From IMG/VR virus record IMGVR_UViG_3300021437_000271, positions 1-35,862 of that record: a stretch of DNA of 35,862 nt, one strand, 5' to 3'. The position numbers were made by a program, and so were the translations under genes. The notes under the pieces were generated by a model. That model was not told the origin of the DNA and did not search any database. It worked only from the letters and a program-made list of their open reading frames with translations. Every line of letters starts with the position of its first letter. The stretch's first letter is position 1. Source of the stretch: a virus. Its lineage: Duplodnaviria; Caudoviricetes. Shown here in pieces: positions 15,284-23,908 of the stretch.

Positions 15284-17070
15284 AGCACACCGCCCAGTTC
15301 GTAGGTGTAGTCAGTCGAGGCCCAGCGCAGTTGCTGCGTGTTGGTGGCTGACACCATGTGCAGCGCTGCGCAGTAGCCCAGGCCGAACGCGGTCTGCCAC
15401 CCCTTCTGGTATGCGGGCGGACCCATCCAGACGGTGTTCAGTGCATCCCAGCGCGCCAGCGCACCATCCCACACCGTGGTGGGCAATGGACCGCTCGTGA
15501 TGACACCGGTCGGCGTGGACTGGTCGAAGTCAGTGTTGATGCCGATGTTCAGCGTTGGCCGGTTGTCCCATGACAGCATGGGACGCACCAGGTTGAACTT
15601 CTTGTTGGCGGTGGGCGATCCGAAGTAACAGAACGACTGCAAGGCCTCGGCCTGGATGTTGTTTCCGTCGTCGGAAACACCAACCCAGGCTTCAAGCACC
15701 TTGCCGCCGGAGCTGCCAAAAAACAGTCGGTCCTGGAACAACTCGAAGTTGTAGGACGTCCAGCCAATGAATCGGCACCACGCCTTGCTGACGGTGTTCA
15801 TGACGTACTGGTGCGACACGGTTCCGCTGATTGGCACATTCACCAGCACCATGTTTTCGCTGGGGAGAACGGCAATCTCCCAGCCATAGTTCTGTGCGTA
15901 GTTGGTGGTTGCGGCCGACATGGCCCACTGGATCTTGTTCGACAGCGCTTCGGCCACTTGGATGCGAGACGACTGCAGCGCGGCCGACAGCGGCACCAAC
16001 CCATCGCGGCCGATGATCAGGCAGTCGCCGGCAAACTTGATGGTGCTGCGCGGGCCCATGGGTGAGCCGATCGAGAACATGCCGACCAGTGCCCAGGTAG
16101 CCACCGTGCTCGGGTCGGTTCCTTTGTAGACCGCCACCTCGCCACGGCTGGTGATGATGACCAACATGTCATCGATGCCGTAGCCGGCGTCCAGCGTCCA
16201 AACGTCCATCGTGACGATGTGGCCGCCGGCCCTGAACAGCGAACTGAAATCGAACGGCTGCGCAACCCCGCCAACACTGCTGGTTGGCAGATACCAGGCA
16301 CGCAAGGTGTTCTTCTCGACGAACCAGAGCCGTTGCTTGTGAGAGCAGACGTTGCTCCACAGTCTGGTGGCGATGCCGGTGACTGCCGGCGCGTAGGTGT
16401 AGCTGCCAAGCACCGTCATCACGCCGCCGGGCGCGCCAGCAGCCGTGAAGGTGAAGGTGTTCGGGCCAGTCACCGTGATGGCCACGTTCGTGTTGTTGTA
16501 GGCCGCCGGCGTGCAGCCCGTCAACGTGACCGACATGCCAGTGGACAGCTTGTGCGGCGTCGTGGTGGTGATAGTGCAGGTGGTTCCCACCGCCGTGCCG
16601 GATGCGATGCCGGCGCCCGTGCCATCGCCAATGCTGGCCCAGCCGCTGCCGTTGTAGACCTGCATCAGGTCGATGCCGTTGACCATCACCAGAAACTGGC
16701 CGCCGGCTGAGCCCATGTGGGCCTTTTGGAACTGGCTGCTTCCAAGGCCTGACACGAGCGGAGCCCCCACAGGCCCGCTGTTCGTGATGTCGTAGATGCT
16801 GCCGCCCGACACGCCGAACAGTTTGGAGCTGCCGCCGCTGTTGTAGCTCGCGACCGTCTCGACATTGCCAGGCATGCCGGTGGCCCATGACGAGCTACCC
16901 TTTCTCACACCAACGTCATAGGGCGTCGGGAACCAGTTGTCCAGGATGACGGCGTCTTCCTTGGGCATCCGCGACAGGCTGTCACGCTGATTCCAGCCGC
17001 CCACCGGGGCCGGAACGCTGGCCACTCGCGAGCGCTGCTGGCGATTGACGCCCGAGCGATCTGGCCTCAT
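15280..17070 (-). CDS. tail nozzle / packaged-DNA stabilisation protein (P22 gp10 / tail tubular B-like) with inserted beta domain
   Basis: PAPVGGWN.RD, LDNWFP, beta-propeller-like composition, Y.GTDP...W.L.G; position after the adaptor gene. Confidence 0.8.
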   Translation of the reverse strand: MRPDRSGVNRQQRSRVASVPAPVGGWNQRDSLSRMPKEDAVILDNWFPTPYDVGVRKGSSSWATGMPGNVETVASYNSGGSSKLFGVSGGSIYDITNSGPVGAPLVSGLGSSQFQKAHMGSAGGQFLVMVNGIDLMQVYNGSGWASIGDGTGAGIASGTAVGTTCTITTTTPHKLSTGMSVTLTGCTPAAYNNTNVAITVTGPNTFTFTAAGAPGGVMTVLGSYTYAPAVTGIATRLWSNVCSHKQRLWFVEKNTLRAWYLPTSSVGGVAQPFDFSSLFRAGGHIVTMDVWTLDAGYGIDDMLVIITSRGEVAVYKGTDPSTVATWALVGMFSIGSPMGPRSTIKFAGDCLIIGRDGLVPLSAALQSSRIQVAEALSNKIQWAMSAATTNYAQNYGWEIAVLPSENMVLVNVPISGTVSHQYVMNTVSKAWCRFIGWTSYNFELFQDRLFFGSSGGKVLEAWVGVSDDGNNIQAEALQSFCYFGSPTANKKFNLVRPMLSWDNRPTLNIGINTDFDQSTPTGVITSGPLPTTVWDGALARWDALNTVWMGPPAYQKGWQTAFGLGYCAALHMVSATNTQQLRWASTDYTYELGGVL

Positions 17071-18023
17071 GACGACGGAACCCCGAATCCAGCATCAGGG
17101 ATCTGTGCCGACGTGATCAGGGGTGAGCTGATGAACTGTCGGTTCAGCACCAGCGACCGGGCACCCCCACCATCGCGCGATGCGGCCCGCTCGCGCGCCT
17201 CGGAGTAGGTCTTGAACTCCTCGTCATAGGCGAAGCCTTTCGCGCGCAGCCAGCGCCACTTGATGCCCAGCGTCATCAGATCCTCGCTCAGCACGCCGAC
17301 GTCGCCGTCAAGCCTCCATGCCGTCTGGAACGCCGCTGCCTGCGGTGACACCAGGGTACCGGCCGGCACGCAAAACCCGTTGCTGATGTACTCGTAAACC
17401 AGCACGTTGTTCGAGGTGGGTGGCGGATCGAGCAGGAACTGATTGCCCTGGATGCGGAAGCGGCGGCGCGGCCCGGTGGGGACGATGCCGGACTTCAGCA
17501 CCTGCCATTCCTGCGGGGTCAATGGCCCGAGCATCTGCCACCGGTACTGGCGATCCCATGCGGTCTGATTGATGCTGTGGTCATAGTCGGCCGGGAACGG
17601 GTAGGCGATCTGGCTGAACGTCAGCGACAGCGCAGCCCCGCTGGCGGTGGCCGCCTGATCAATGGTCACCTGGGTGGGGCTGTCGATGCTCAGAACCGTT
17701 GCCGACGGCGCCAGGCCGGATCCGAGCGGGCCAGTGCAAGCCATGCCGACACTGAGGCCTGTCGTGCTCGGCACCAGCACCACGCCACTGTTGAGCGTGA
17801 GCGTGCAGCCAGCCAGCGTGATGAACTGCGTGGTGAACAGGTATTGCTTCTGCAGCACGCTCCAGCACGCGTCCTTGACGGCGAACGACGCCAGTTCGCG
17901 GCCTTCGCGCTGCGCCAGCGCCACCATCTGGACGATCTGAGGATCGCCTGAGGTCATGGCGGCGTTGGGGATGGGGATGCCCACCTCTGCGCACACCGTC
18001 TGTATCATGCTGAGAATTGACAT
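17067..18023 (-). CDS. head-tail adaptor (tail tubular A / gp4-like) with inserted beta domain
   Basis: MSIL..IQ.VC.EVG, W..LQ, YP.PADYD, GP.TPQEWQ.LK, LG.KWRW..AKG..Y.EE. Confidence 0.8.
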   Translation of the reverse strand: MSILSMIQTVCAEVGIPIPNAAMTSGDPQIVQMVALAQREGRELASFAVKDACWSVLQKQYLFTTQFITLAGCTLTLNSGVVLVPSTTGLSVGMACTGPLGSGLAPSATVLSIDSPTQVTIDQAATASGAALSLTFSQIAYPFPADYDHSINQTAWDRQYRWQMLGPLTPQEWQVLKSGIVPTGPRRRFRIQGNQFLLDPPPTSNNVLVYEYISNGFCVPAGTLVSPQAAAFQTAWRLDGDVGVLSEDLMTLGIKWRWLRAKGFAYDEEFKTYSEARERAASRDGGGARSLVLNRQFISSPLITSAQIPDAGFGVPSS

Positions 18024-18094
18024 TGTTAGCCCTTGAATACTTCAATTGCCGGCGCCTAGTGGGATACGCTGCTGTGGTTTGTCGAGACTAGCCA

Positions 18095-19255
18095 TCACTT
18101 CACCGGCTTGCCGTTGCGGGAAAGGATGGACAAGATGTTTTCTTCCCCAGGAAACACTACGTAATTGCTTGTTCCTGCGCCAGCGCTGCGAGAGTCGTCG
18201 TCTAAATATCGGATTCCTGGTATTCCTTGCGATCTAAGCGCTTGCGCTGCCTTCTTTGCACTCCCATGCTTGGCTACCGCATCCCGCCAAACATCTTCAC
18301 CTCCTGCATCCCAATCGAGCATTTTACTGATTTGGCTATCTGGCAAATCAACTTTGTAAAGCGACCCAGCATCTGAGATGCGCGGACGCCCCAAGCTTTC
18401 TGCGGCAGCCTGCATGGCAAGCGCCCTGTCTAGCTGCTCCTTGGGCATGGGCTTTAACCCCGCGTATGCATTACCGTAAAGCCGATCACGGATCGGGTTT
18501 GCTATCGCATTGAACTGATCGTTTGCAAATTTTGTGCGGGAATCATATTGGGCGCGCTGAATCGCAGAATTTATGGCGTCACTTACCGCTTGCTCATACT
18601 CGTTGCTTGGCTGCTTATCAAACTCCGCAAACGGTTTTGATAATTTTCGAGCGTATTCTTCTGCGACCTGCGGCTCTTCCGCAAAGTAAATGCCGTGCCC
18701 ATATATTTGCGCGCCTTCGCCTTTACCTATCTTGCTGGCATCGAATGCATCAAACTTGTGTGGAGATCCATGCCAGACGGTCGCAGCGAGAGACATGCCC
18801 CCGGTATCTGCCGCCCCTGCAAGCCCCATTGCAGCGCCAGCGGCTGCGCGCGGGAACTTTGCCGCCAGCGGAGCGACCGCCATCGCCGCATCAGCCGTGT
18901 CCTGCGGGATCAGCGGCACATTCGCCTTGCCGGCGTTGGTCAGCGGCTGGCCGTAGCTGTAGCGGTCGAGCGTGCGCTGCACTGCAGGCAAGCCGATCAG
19001 GTTCGATGCAGCCGACAGCGCCGGGTTGGCCAAGCCGCCCGGCATCGTCGGGTCCGGCCGGCTTGCATAGCCCGTCAGCGCCCCCAGCGCGTCTGCTGCG
19101 TAGCCTGCCAGCGGGTTGGTGCGCGGTGTCGCGCTCAAGTAGCCCTGCATGGGGTTCGGTTGTGCGACCAGATAGTCGGGGCCGACAGAGTTGGCCGGCT
19201 GCTGATCAGGCTGAGGATCACCCCTCAGAAGTCTGGCAAGCATCTGCAGGTCCAT
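18095..19255 (-). CDS. putative virion-delivered protein with C-terminal ADP-ribosyltransferase-like (ART-PolyVal-type) domain
   Basis: VWHGSPHKFDAFD..KIG.GEGAQ.YG.GIYFAE....A..Y, GSLYKVDLPD, GIPGIRYLD..SR...GTSNYVVF; Ala/Pro-rich N-terminal ~155 aa. Confidence 0.7.
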   Translation of the reverse strand: MDLQMLARLLRGDPQPDQQPANSVGPDYLVAQPNPMQGYLSATPRTNPLAGYAADALGALTGYASRPDPTMPGGLANPALSAASNLIGLPAVQRTLDRYSYGQPLTNAGKANVPLIPQDTADAAMAVAPLAAKFPRAAAGAAMGLAGAADTGGMSLAATVWHGSPHKFDAFDASKIGKGEGAQIYGHGIYFAEEPQVAEEYARKLSKPFAEFDKQPSNEYEQAVSDAINSAIQRAQYDSRTKFANDQFNAIANPIRDRLYGNAYAGLKPMPKEQLDRALAMQAAAESLGRPRISDAGSLYKVDLPDSQISKMLDWDAGGEDVWRDAVAKHGSAKKAAQALRSQGIPGIRYLDDDSRSAGAGTSNYVVFPGEENILSILSRNGKPVK

Positions 19256-19263
19256 TCGTTACC

Positions 19264-19632
19264 TCACGCGCTCAGCGTTTGCGTCCACTGGGTAGCGGAA
19301 ACCTGCCGGAAGATGGCCGACTTCGACACCGGGACCGAGAAGGCCGCGTTGGCCGCACCCGTACCGATGTTGCCGCCGGTCGGCGGGTAGACGCTCAACG
19401 CATTGGCGCCGAGGTTGGTCACCTCCACCGTGTCGCCTGCGCTGCGGTTGTTCGGCAGCAGCACACCCGTGCTGGCCGCCGCCGTCGAGATCACGTTCAC
19501 GTCCGAGTAAATCGGCGTGGCCGTGGCCTGCGTGCTGCCGGCGGCGGTAATGCCGGCGGTGATGTCGCCAGCGATCTGGGCGGCCAGGGCAGCGGCCGTG
19601 CCGAGCCCCATCAGTTTTTGCTGCGTGGTCAT
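19264..19632 (-). CDS. small virion structural / decoration protein
   Basis: 122 aa, Ala/Thr/Gly-rich beta protein (A.G.TQA.A, GV.LP, V.N.GANAL.VYP..GG.I) in the head operon. Confidence 0.6.
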   Translation of the reverse strand: MTTQQKLMGLGTAAALAAQIAGDITAGITAAGSTQATATPIYSDVNVISTAAASTGVLLPNNRSAGDTVEVTNLGANALSVYPPTGGNIGTGAANAAFSVPVSKSAIFRQVSATQWTQTLSA

Positions 19633-19635
19633 GGG

Positions 19636-20262
19636 TCAGCCTTCCGCGCGGGCGCCGCGCTGCTTGGGGGTAGCCTTCTGCAGCTCGCGCAGAGCCTCGC
19701 CCAACTCGGCGATCTGGTCCTTCTGGCGCTGCAACTCCAGGCGCATGGTTTCGTTTTCCTGCACCATCTTCGAGACGGCGGCGCCGCCTTGCGCCTGGTC
19801 GAGGTACAGGCGAGCCTTGTCGCGGTACATGCGGGCGCCGAGCCACGTCAGGTTGTTGTCGCCCATGGCGGCCAAGCCTTCGACGGTCTTGATGCCCAGA
19901 TCCTTGAGCATGCGCACGTCAGCCTTGGTGACCATCGGCCACTCCTCCAGCGGCTGGCCGTCCTGCGCCTGCTCTTCACCGGCCTGGAACGCTGCCCACT
20001 GGCGCGGGAAGCGCTCGGGGTCGCCCGGCGAGCTGCTGTCTGCTTTCAGCTTGGCCGGCCGGTGCACGGTCTTCGTGCGGTCACCTGGGAACATGATCGT
20101 GATGAACGCGACGTTTTTGTAAACCGGGTGTCCCTGCTGATCGCTCTCGAACGGCTGATGAACGGCCTCGTTCGAGAACTCGACGTAGAGGTCTTTGTCT
20201 TCGCCGTGCGCGACATGCAGCTGATTGCCGACCTTGACGACACGGGCTTCTGCCAATTCCAT
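19636..20262 (-). CDS. conserved head-operon protein with HhH-like motif and coiled-coil tail
   Basis: I.I.FPGD.T, RFP.QW..F, G.PL.EWP, LGI.TVE.LA. Confidence 0.7.
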   Translation of the reverse strand: MELAEARVVKVGNQLHVAHGEDKDLYVEFSNEAVHQPFESDQQGHPVYKNVAFITIMFPGDRTKTVHRPAKLKADSSSPGDPERFPRQWAAFQAGEEQAQDGQPLEEWPMVTKADVRMLKDLGIKTVEGLAAMGDNNLTWLGARMYRDKARLYLDQAQGGAAVSKMVQENETMRLELQRQKDQIAELGEALRELQKATPKQRGARAEG

Positions 20263-20286
20263 GGTGATCCTTGGTGAGTTGCGCGA

Positions 20287-20427
20287 TTACAGCAGGGGTT
20301 CCGGCGGTGCAGGCGGTGCAGGCGGAATGTAGTTTGCCGCCACTTCTTCGGCGAACGCCTGCGGGTCGGGGTGGCGGCTGGCTGCGGCGATTGCGGCAGC
20401 CATCGCTTTGACTTCATCGAGTGTCAT
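20287..20427 (-). CDS. small hypothetical protein (46 aa, not in the supplied ORF track)
   Basis: RBS TGGAG, then MTLDEVKAMAAAIAAASRHPDPQAFAEEVAANYIPPAPPAPPEPLL*; fills the intergenic gap. Confidence 0.6.
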   Translation of the reverse strand: MTLDEVKAMAAAIAAASRHPDPQAFAEEVAANYIPPAPPAPPEPLL

Positions 20428-20446
20428 GTGAGCTCCAGAATGATTT

Positions 20447-20464
20447 CAGGCCCCGAAGGGCCTG
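20447..20464 (-). promoter_or_regulatory. C(UUCG)G tetraloop hairpin after the capsid/decoration genes
   Basis: Minus strand CAGGCCC-TTCG-GGGCCTG with no U-tract; mRNA-stabilising or pause element. Confidence 0.55.
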
Positions 20465-20473
20465 CGTGGTTGA

Positions 20474-21412
20474 TCAGGTGATGGCGCCCTGAGCCAACGG
20501 GTAGGTACCCCATACCAGCGCCATGTTGGCCGGAAGCGTCCAGGTACCGGATGCACCCGAGCCAAACGAGGCCGCCAGCGCGCTGCAAAACTGGGCGCCC
20601 TGCATCTGCTTCGAGGCCAAGGCCACCGTAGTCAGGAAGCCGCCCAGACTGGATCCGCCACCGCCATTCCAGTAGGTCTGCGCGCCGACAGCTGGCGCGC
20701 CAGCTGCATAGGACACCGCCGCCCCGCCCACCTGGAACCACGCGAACTGTCCGCCGAACGGATTTGCCGGGCTGCTGCTCGCCGTGGTGGCTAGCGGGTT
20801 ACCCAGCGACCAACCCAGCGTAAGTCCGCTGTTGGCGGCGCCGGTCCAGGCCTGGGCCTGCAGGATGAGCTGCCCGAACGAATCCTTCGCGTGGGTGAAC
20901 TGCACCACCTGACCAGCACCGATGCCGGGCACGTAGGTCCCCAGCGTGGTGGCATTGCCAGTAGGCAGCGCCGCATTGGCCTTGTTCGACACGTTCAGGT
21001 TCGACGGATTCCAGGCCGGGTCCGTGATCGAGTTCGCGTTGAAGGTCAGCGTGGTGGTACTGGGCACCGTGGCGACAGTGAACAGTCCGTTGTAGCCGGC
21101 AGGCACAAATCCGGCAAGCTGGATCACCGCGCCCACGCTCAGGCCGTGAGCCGATCCAGTGGTCAGCGTCGCTGTGTTGCCGCTGATCGTCAGCGACGAA
21201 ACGCTTTGGGCCGCCAGAGGCGCGACCTGCGCGAACATGAAAAACCCGCCACCCAGCACCGGATCGACACCGTCAACGCCGCCGCTCGGGTACGCAAATC
21301 GGCCGAATTTGCCGGCGCTGGCGCCCGTGAGGGAGTACGGCCCGGGGCCGCTGTTGTCGGGCAGGTAGAGGTCTACCAAGCCCATCAGGGAGTCTTGTGC
21401 AACGAAAGCCAT
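20474..21412 (-). CDS. capsid decoration / cement protein with inserted beta domain
   Basis: Immediately after the major capsid gene; RBS AAGGAG before the ATG at 21412; DP.LGGG.F.F and GQF.WFQV.G.A motifs. Confidence 0.65.
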   Translation of the reverse strand: MAFVAQDSLMGLVDLYLPDNSGPGPYSLTGASAGKFGRFAYPSGGVDGVDPVLGGGFFMFAQVAPLAAQSVSSLTISGNTATLTTGSAHGLSVGAVIQLAGFVPAGYNGLFTVATVPSTTTLTFNANSITDPAWNPSNLNVSNKANAALPTGNATTLGTYVPGIGAGQVVQFTHAKDSFGQLILQAQAWTGAANSGLTLGWSLGNPLATTASSSPANPFGGQFAWFQVGGAAVSYAAGAPAVGAQTYWNGGGGSSLGGFLTTVALASKQMQGAQFCSALAASFGSGASGTWTLPANMALVWGTYPLAQGAIT

Positions 21413-21443
21413 TTCGGGCTCCTTTCGTGAGTTGGTTTCGGTC

Positions 21444-22433
21444 TCAGGCGCTGAGGACGCCCTGCAGGAAGGCATTCGACAGCGTGAGGTTGCCAGCGAA
21501 CCCGAGTAATTTGACCATGGCATCCTGGTTGACTGCGAACCGGTCATCACCGATCGGGGCGAAGAAACGATCGACATGCGGCCGGAAGTAGACGTATTCG
21601 GTGTTCAGCATGTACATGCTGTTGACCGGCGCACCGCCGCCGTAGCCGCCGTCCAGCACCACGTCGGCGCCCATGTACTTGAGGCTCTGAAAGCCAGCCT
21701 GCGCCATCTCTTCAGACTGGACGCGCTGGATGGCCTGCAGGCTCTCCAGGTAAAGGCGGTAGTAGTTGTTGTCGGCAACGATCAGGTCAACCGCGTCCGC
21801 GCCGCGCACCAGCTGCAGGTACAGCCGGTTCATGTAGCTCTGGATATTGGCCGAGGTGGTCGGCGCGCCGCCGTTGGTGACGCCGCTGAATGCCGCATTG
21901 CGGAAAAAGCTACCGACCGTGGTGCTGCGATCGATGCCGCCGACCACGCCGCTGGTGGGTGATGTGCTGACCAGCAGCTGGACACCGCCGATCTGCCGAC
22001 CGCCATCGGCGGTGCCGTCCGAGTACATGTCGAGCGCGATGTTGTTGGTCATCGTCTTCTCGGCGTTGCTGATCCGGCTTTCGAGCAGGTCGATGATCTG
22101 TTCGGGGCCATTGTTCTGCAGCATCTCCAGGCCGCTGATCGACACCGCCACAGCCGCCTGAGCGTAGTTGTACTCGGCCGCTGTGAACACGTCGCTTGGG
22201 CTGATGTTCAGCGCCTCGTAGCCGCTGTAGCGCTTGAACGTGCCGTTCTGGGCGTATTCGATCTCCTGGACGATCGTGCGGCCGCCGGGCACCTTCTTGA
22301 TCTTGCCCTTCTTCTTCAGGCGGTTCAGCAGCGCGTTGTTCTTGGTGACGTTGTCCTGCAGCTTGCCGGTTCGGTTGCGCAGGGTCGTGGTGACGATTTC
22401 CGTCATCGTGGACGATGGGTTGACGAGTGCCAT
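21444..22433 (-). CDS. major capsid protein (HK97 fold)
   Basis: TTTLRNR...L.DNV..NNALL..L, GG..I, YSGYE.L, ISGLE..QN.G...IIDLL..R, AGF.SLKY.GADVV.D; follows the scaffold gene. Confidence 0.92.
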   Translation of the reverse strand: MALVNPSSTMTEIVTTTLRNRTGKLQDNVTKNNALLNRLKKKGKIKKVPGGRTIVQEIEYAQNGTFKRYSGYEALNISPSDVFTAAEYNYAQAAVAVSISGLEMLQNNGPEQIIDLLESRISNAEKTMTNNIALDMYSDGTADGGRQIGGVQLLVSTSPTSGVVGGIDRSTTVGSFFRNAAFSGVTNGGAPTTSANIQSYMNRLYLQLVRGADAVDLIVADNNYYRLYLESLQAIQRVQSEEMAQAGFQSLKYMGADVVLDGGYGGGAPVNSMYMLNTEYVYFRPHVDRFFAPIGDDRFAVNQDAMVKLLGFAGNLTLSNAFLQGVLSA

Positions 22434-22459
22434 GATGGCCTTTCAGATCTGGATTGGGG

Positions 22460-23506
22460 TCAGACTCGCAAGCCGGCCGCCTGGAACTGGGCGGCCAACT
22501 CGCTGCGGAGGTCGGGTTGCACAGTGCGTGCGCTTGCACCATTGCTGCCGGGGCTGCCGGTCACGCTGACTGCAGCGCTCCTCGCTCGTGCGACACGAGC
22601 CTTGGCCGGGTCAACCGCCGTTCGCTTCGCCACCTCGCCATCCAGCCAAAGCTGTGACGTTGTGGGGTGGGCGCGAAAGGCTTGGTCGTAGGCGTCCTGA
22701 AGGCTGTTGGCCTGGCCGCTCTCCATGAGCGTGGCCATGACGGATCGCAGGGTGTCGAAGTGCGGCTTGTCGGCTTTGAATGCGTCGATCTCGCTGACCA
22801 GCGATTGCTGAACGCTCTGTTGAGCGTTGCGTTGCTGGCCGCTGATGAACGCCGTCAGCTCGTGCACCTGCTGCTGCAGGGCGTGGATCGTTGCGTCGGG
22901 TGGCGGCGCATTGGCAGCGAGCGGCGACAGATCGACGCCGAACTGGTGCGCAAGTTGCGCGAGCAGTTGCGTCTTCTGCGCTGGCGCGCCGTTGCGCAGC
23001 ACGTGGTCGGCGTTGAGCAGCGACTGCACCGCCTGAACCGGTGTTGCGCCCAGCGCATTGATGGTGGCCATGTATGGCGACAGGGTGTCGCGCATGGATT
23101 TCCCGAGTTGGCGGTCCTCGTCGAGGCGGGTGAAGCCCTTGTGGACTTCCGCCTCGCGGGCCGCAATGATGGACTGGGCCTTGGGGGTCAGATTCGACCA
23201 TTCAGCCTTGGCTTCAGTGCTCCAGGACGCAGGCGGCTGGATGGCTTGCGCCGTCTCCGTCTTGGTCTCGGTACTGGCTTCAGCAGCAGGAACAGCGCCC
23301 TGAGTGGACTCGGCACCCCCAGTTTGATCGGCGACTGCCGCCTTCTGTGATGCGAACCGGCCACCCTCGTCACGCTCACGCGCGCTCTGGTTTTCGGTCT
23401 CCTGGCCAGCGTCTTCAAACGCGGCGGCCAGCGTTTCGCGCAAACTCAGTTCTTCATCATCGGTGGACTGGTCAGCACCAGTTCCGATAGTGTTTTCGAT
23501 GGTCAT
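22460..23506 (-). CDS. capsid scaffolding protein
   Basis: Acidic N-terminus, RDE.GRFA, PPASW..EAK..W, helical, AY..A; directly upstream of the capsid gene. Confidence 0.8.
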   Translation of the reverse strand: MTIENTIGTGADQSTDDEELSLRETLAAAFEDAGQETENQSARERDEGGRFASQKAAVADQTGGAESTQGAVPAAEASTETKTETAQAIQPPASWSTEAKAEWSNLTPKAQSIIAAREAEVHKGFTRLDEDRQLGKSMRDTLSPYMATINALGATPVQAVQSLLNADHVLRNGAPAQKTQLLAQLAHQFGVDLSPLAANAPPPDATIHALQQQVHELTAFISGQQRNAQQSVQQSLVSEIDAFKADKPHFDTLRSVMATLMESGQANSLQDAYDQAFRAHPTTSQLWLDGEVAKRTAVDPAKARVARARSAAVSVTGSPGSNGASARTVQPDLRSELAAQFQAAGLRV

Positions 23507-23524
23507 TTCTGTTCCTTGGGACGT

Positions 23525-23546
23525 AAAAAATCCCGCTCAAGGCGGG
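23525..23546 (-). terminator. intrinsic terminator-like hairpin
   Basis: Minus strand CCCGC-CTTGA-GCGGG followed by ATTTTTT. Confidence 0.5.
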
Positions 23547-23569
23547 CTGCGTGCGGCGCCTGAATCAGC

Positions 23570-23905
23570 TCAGGCGAACTTGGCCTTGGCGTGCACGATC
23601 GGCGCCAAATCGGCGCGCAGGTCACGCGACACGTCAGGCGCCTTGAACTCCGGCTGCTTCTCGCTGCCGATCTCGACCAGGTGGTGCTTGCGCAGGTGCT
23701 CTCGGTGTTGGCTGCGGCCGTCGATCTGTTCACCGGTCACCACGCTGCGGTAGGGCCGGATGTCGGCAGCGATCATCGGGGCGCAGAGCTTGCGCGTCAT
23801 GCGCTGGCCATGGCACTCAGGCAGATCACGATCGATATCGGCCACGGTGCGGTAAACGTCTTCGGTTCGGTCACAGGCGTGGCACTTCAGGGTGTAGATG
23901 GGCAT
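23570..23905 (-). CDS. FmdB-like zinc-ribbon protein
   Basis: MPIY..KC..C...P.CHG..M.R, Y.S.VTG..I.GR..HREHL..H...EIG.E. Confidence 0.75.
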   Translation of the reverse strand: MPIYTLKCHACDRTEDVYRTVADIDRDLPECHGQRMTRKLCAPMIAADIRPYRSVVTGEQIDGRSQHREHLRKHHLVEIGSEKQPEFKAPDVSRDLRADLAPIVHAKAKFA

Positions 23906-23908
23906 GGT

